Positions 62,541-64,000 of a stretch of 64,000 nt of DNA are shown here, in pieces. A model generated the notes under the pieces. That model made no database searches. It was not told where the DNA came from and saw nothing but the letters and a program-made list of their open reading frames with translations. Source of the stretch: Podarcis pityusensis (Eukaryota); NCBI GenBank assembly GCA_964106645.2, contig OZ067041.1. One strand, written 5' to 3'. How positions within the stretch are numbered: position 1 is the first letter of the stretch; each line of letters begins with the position of its first letter. Made by a program: the position numbers and the translations under genes.

Positions 62541-63869
62541 TGTTTGTGCAGAAGCATGGGGAAAAGGGTGTGCTGGCTCCATCAGCTGGTTAAAAAAAGG
62601 GGGGGAAAAGAGCTACCAACTCAAGCAATGATGCCTTCAAGGAAAGATCATCCTGGCCCCAATGGATATAAGTGCCTGCTCATCTCTTTGTTTTGGCCTC
62701 AAAGAACTGATATATCTCCTCTACCTTTGCTTTTCACTTCTCTTGTGCTTCTTTGTAAGCCTGATGGCACTGCGCCTGTCTGTTTTTTAATTGATGTGAG
62801 ATGTTTTAGGAGATAATTACATGAAAAACAGGATAAAGGTAGAGTAAAACTGAGATTCCTCTTGCTTTGCTTGGCACTATATCCTTGAACTATAGAGTGA
62901 CACCACTCCCTCCCCATCCTTCTTGTAAAGCAGACATAGCAAATCTGCAACCCATATCAGGCACACTAAGCCACTGCGATGGCTGGTCATCCTTGACCCC
63001 ATTTACTGGCAATCCTTGCAGCCACCCCACCCCCCACTGGATAAAAGCCCCTCACCTCTCTAACCCAGTATACCCCCCCCCCCCGTGACAAGAAAGATTA
63101 GTGCACACTGGGCAGGAAAGAAAGCCTTTTGAATCTCCCCCCTCAGATCTCTCTTTGTGTGGTATCTGTGGCGAGTGCATGTGCTGTTTGTGAGATGGGT
63201 GTGTGTGTGGATGGGGTGGCAATGCCTGCTTTAACAATACCCACTTTTGCTTTGGCCATGCCCACCAGTGGCATGTGGCCCTCAGAGGGCTGGCATACAG
63301 TGAATGCGGCTTTCAAGCCAAAAAAAGTTAAGTCGCCACTGCTATATAGCATTTTTATCTAGAGATGACCACATCTCACCCTTCATTCTACCAGGTTTCC
63401 ACAATGCCTGGTGTATTTATGTTCTCCTTTAACATCAAGGACTCCAATTACTCTATTTGGGCTCAGGACCATTCAGCAATAGCAGAGAAACATCCTTCTA
63501 GGCACCCTAAGTGCCACCCCAAGAGGGAAACGCAGCAGCCAAACCAAAGTTTCAACATCCCTAAAAACAAACACCTCAAACCCCACTTTATTTAAGAGCT
63601 ACCATTTCTTTGCAGCACCAAGTTATTACGCCGGCAGGTGCATTTGAATACTGTGTTGTCAATCCTGCTGGCTACAGGGTTTTTAACTTGCTAGGATGTT
63701 TCGCACAACTTTTTTTTTTTAAAGAGAGATACAAAATGCAAGGAGCCACCTTGCGGATAATCTGTTTAGGGGACCGAAAGAGCCTTTCATTATAATTACT
63801 GCATCAAATACAACCTGGAAGAGGAGAATAATAATAATACCCTCAATGCAACCAGATATGAAGCTGTTA

Positions 63870-64000
63870 GACGCCCACAGAGGAAATCACCGTCACCATT
63901 CTCGCTGGCTATTGCTGCCGCATTAAACCCTCCGCTCCCCATAACTCCCTGCGCCATCAATGCTTCGGCAAGGATCGCAGGGGAGTCGCCGACCTGCTTC
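63870..64000. promoter_or_regulatory. Edge of a CpG-rich region, possible promoter of the - strand gene
   Basis: Abrupt rise in CpG density in the last ~130 bp. It is truncated by the window edge. Confidence 0.4.

Overview
Vertebrate genomic DNA, most likely from a squamate (lacertid-like lizard), judged from a Sauria SINE, a BovB remnant and typical squamate MITEs. The window holds two convergent multi-exon genes. (1) On the + strand is TAB3 (TAK1-binding protein 3), with a CpG-island promoter at ~1.8-3.8 kb and six clear coding exons from 11329 to 27500. These give 679 aa (CUE domain, Pro/Ser/Gln-rich middle, coiled coil, NZF zinc finger), followed by a ~4 kb 3' UTR. A possible 78-nt extra exon lies at 26046-26123. 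(2) On the - strand is a gene I cannot assign to any named family member. I assembled it by hand from 13 GT-AG exons with consistent phases (51136 down to 33538, ~729 aa). It encodes a long low-complexity N-terminus, a central coiled coil and a single CAP-Gly domain at the extreme C-terminus, with GRHDG in place of GKNDG. The ORF track misses the CAP-Gly domain because it is split over two exons. Its 5' end is unresolved: an in-frame TGA precedes the first ATG although exon-like segments lie further upstream, and a CpG-rich region starts at the right edge. The rest is intronic transposon debris (SINE, RTE/BovB, CR1, L2-like, Tc1/mariner and hAT MITEs, a solo LTR) and microsatellites. All gene models were read by eye, and no database search was run.
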